Below, piece after piece: positions 62,829 to 64,000 of a DNA stretch of 64,000 bases (within the stretch, counting starts at the first letter, position 1; each line of letters begins with the position of its first letter). The DNA lies in assembly GCA_029953675.1 (NCBI GenBank), contig JAMWBK010000005.1, positions 1,674,001 to 1,738,000 on the forward strand, given 5' to 3'. A program made the position numbers and the translations under genes. This DNA comes from Rhodosorus marinus CCMP1338. Its lineage: Eukaryota > Plantae > Rhodophyta. The notes under the pieces were generated by a model that was not told the DNA's origin, searched no databases, and saw nothing but the letters and a program-made list of their open reading frames with translations.

Positions 62829-64000
62829 ATGGCTAGAGGAGAGGCGCAGCTGGATGAAGACGGTTGGGCTGAGGATGACGAAGGATTCTGGACGGGGTTC
62901 AACGCTATAAATGACGAGAACATCTACGAAGCCTATGTTTTCAAGCCTCCCCCGGGAGATGCGGATGCAGAGCAAGCGGGTGATGAGGATTCCAATAGAG
63001 AGGATAGAAATGACACGATTCAACCTGAGAACCCCTCTGTGGTTCCCACCGGGAAGGTCCCTTGGATCCTGATGACATCGATAATGACTGCGGAAGTGAT
63101 TGGCAATGGTGTACTATCGCTTCCAAGAGCATATGCAAGACTGGGGTGGATTCCCGCGCAGCTAGTACTATTCGTATTGTACCTTATAACTACGCATACT
63201 GGAATGTTGCTATTTCGCCAGCGCAACGGTCAACCGCAGTGCCGAAGCTACCCGGCGCTGTTTCTTAAAATCTTCGGAAAGGCTGCGTACGTATACGCCA
63301 CCCTTCTCGTCTACCTGCTTCTATTCATGTACTCTGCGGCGGGTGTGCTTGTCCAGGCAACTGCGTGGGAGGCGGCTCTTCCAGGTCTCTCGCTTAACTA
63401 TTGGATCATCATCGCAGCGGGTATATCTTGGCTCGTCCTCCAGATCCGATCAATGAAGAACGTGGGATTTCTGTCGATTGTTGGAGTCATCACCATCTTC
63501 ATTCCAATCATCTTGAGCATTGTGAGCATAGCGGGTATGGTCAACTCTGGATCTTTCGAACGTGGCGAACAGGTACTGTTCGGCAACAGTTTTTATGAAG
63601 CAGTCGTTGCCGCGACGGACATCATCTATGCCTTTGCCGGGCACGTCGTTTTTCTTGAGCTCATGGGGCAGATGCGGAGCCCGAGCCACTTCCCAAGATC
63701 GTTGTACGCTTCACAAACTGTCGTGCTCATTGTTTACGCTGCAGTTGGAAGCTCCATATACGCCATAGCCGGAGATGCAGACTGGCTTACATCGCCGTTT
63801 ACAACCTCCTTACAAGATGGACCTGTGAAATACATCGTTCAGGCGTTAATGATTGTCCACATTGCAATAGGAATTACTATCAATGGCAACATCCTTGTAA
63901 GGGCATTTCAGAACATGATTGAGCCGGGATTGAAGGAACTTGTTGCGGGTAGGACCGACCCAGGTACACCAGCTCGTGCATACGACCGAAATGACTATTC
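62829..64000 (+). CDS. Amino acid/auxin permease (AAAP, Aa_trans) family transporter, 3'-partial
   Basis: Open frame from ATG 62829 to the window end, missing from the supplied ORF track because it has no stop. Motifs TAEVIGNGVLSLPRAYARLGW, IIYAFAGHVVFLELMGQMRSPSHFPRSLYASQ and multiple TM helices. Confidence 0.92.
   Translation, partial: MARGEAQLDEDGWAEDDEGFWTGFNAINDENIYEAYVFKPPPGDADAEQAGDEDSNREDRNDTIQPENPSVVPTGKVPWILMTSIMTAEVIGNGVLSLPRAYARLGWIPAQLVLFVLYLITTHTGMLLFRQRNGQPQCRSYPALFLKIFGKAAYVYATLLVYLLLFMYSAAGVLVQATAWEAALPGLSLNYWIIIAAGISWLVLQIRSMKNVGFLSIVGVITIFIPIILSIVSIAGMVNSGSFERGEQVLFGNSFYEAVVAATDIIYAFAGHVVFLELMGQMRSPSHFPRSLYASQTVVLIVYAAVGSSIYAIAGDADWLTSPFTTSLQDGPVKYIVQALMIVHIAIGITINGNILVRAFQNMIEPGLKELVAGRTDPGTPARAYDRNDY

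Overview
Gene-dense eukaryotic nuclear DNA, most likely from a red alga. This is inferred from short GT-AG introns (about 50-190 nt), plastid transit peptides of the MA(S/C)FVG type, and divergent beta-tubulins. About 23 protein-coding genes can be reconstructed, many only by splicing across the supplied ORFs: a hexapeptide-repeat protein, DUF179/YqgE, glutaredoxin-2 (GrxB), a P-loop kinase, augmin subunit HAUS3, ERD2, gamma-carbonic-anhydrase-like, pyruvate carboxylase (about 17 introns), two near-identical tandem beta-tubulins, a PPR protein, RRP43, mitochondrial L3, RPL6, an HNH-like protein, an RBR E3 ligase, DUF2358, URI1-like, YchJ/SEC-C, a Gln/Pro-repeat protein, a P4-ATPase and a partial amino-acid permease. 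I found no rRNA, tRNA, CRISPR array or intact transposon, and no convincing new multi-gene system. The best leads are: beta-tubulins that naturally carry benzimidazole/taxane-site substitutions and appear homogenised by gene conversion; a decayed ~90-bp (~30-codon) repeat array; a frameshifted NAE1/AXR1 relic; a highly structured RPL6 intron; a 34-bp minisatellite; and recurrent palindromic upstream motifs. Family assignments rest on motifs recalled from memory, not database searches, and exon boundaries are manual predictions.
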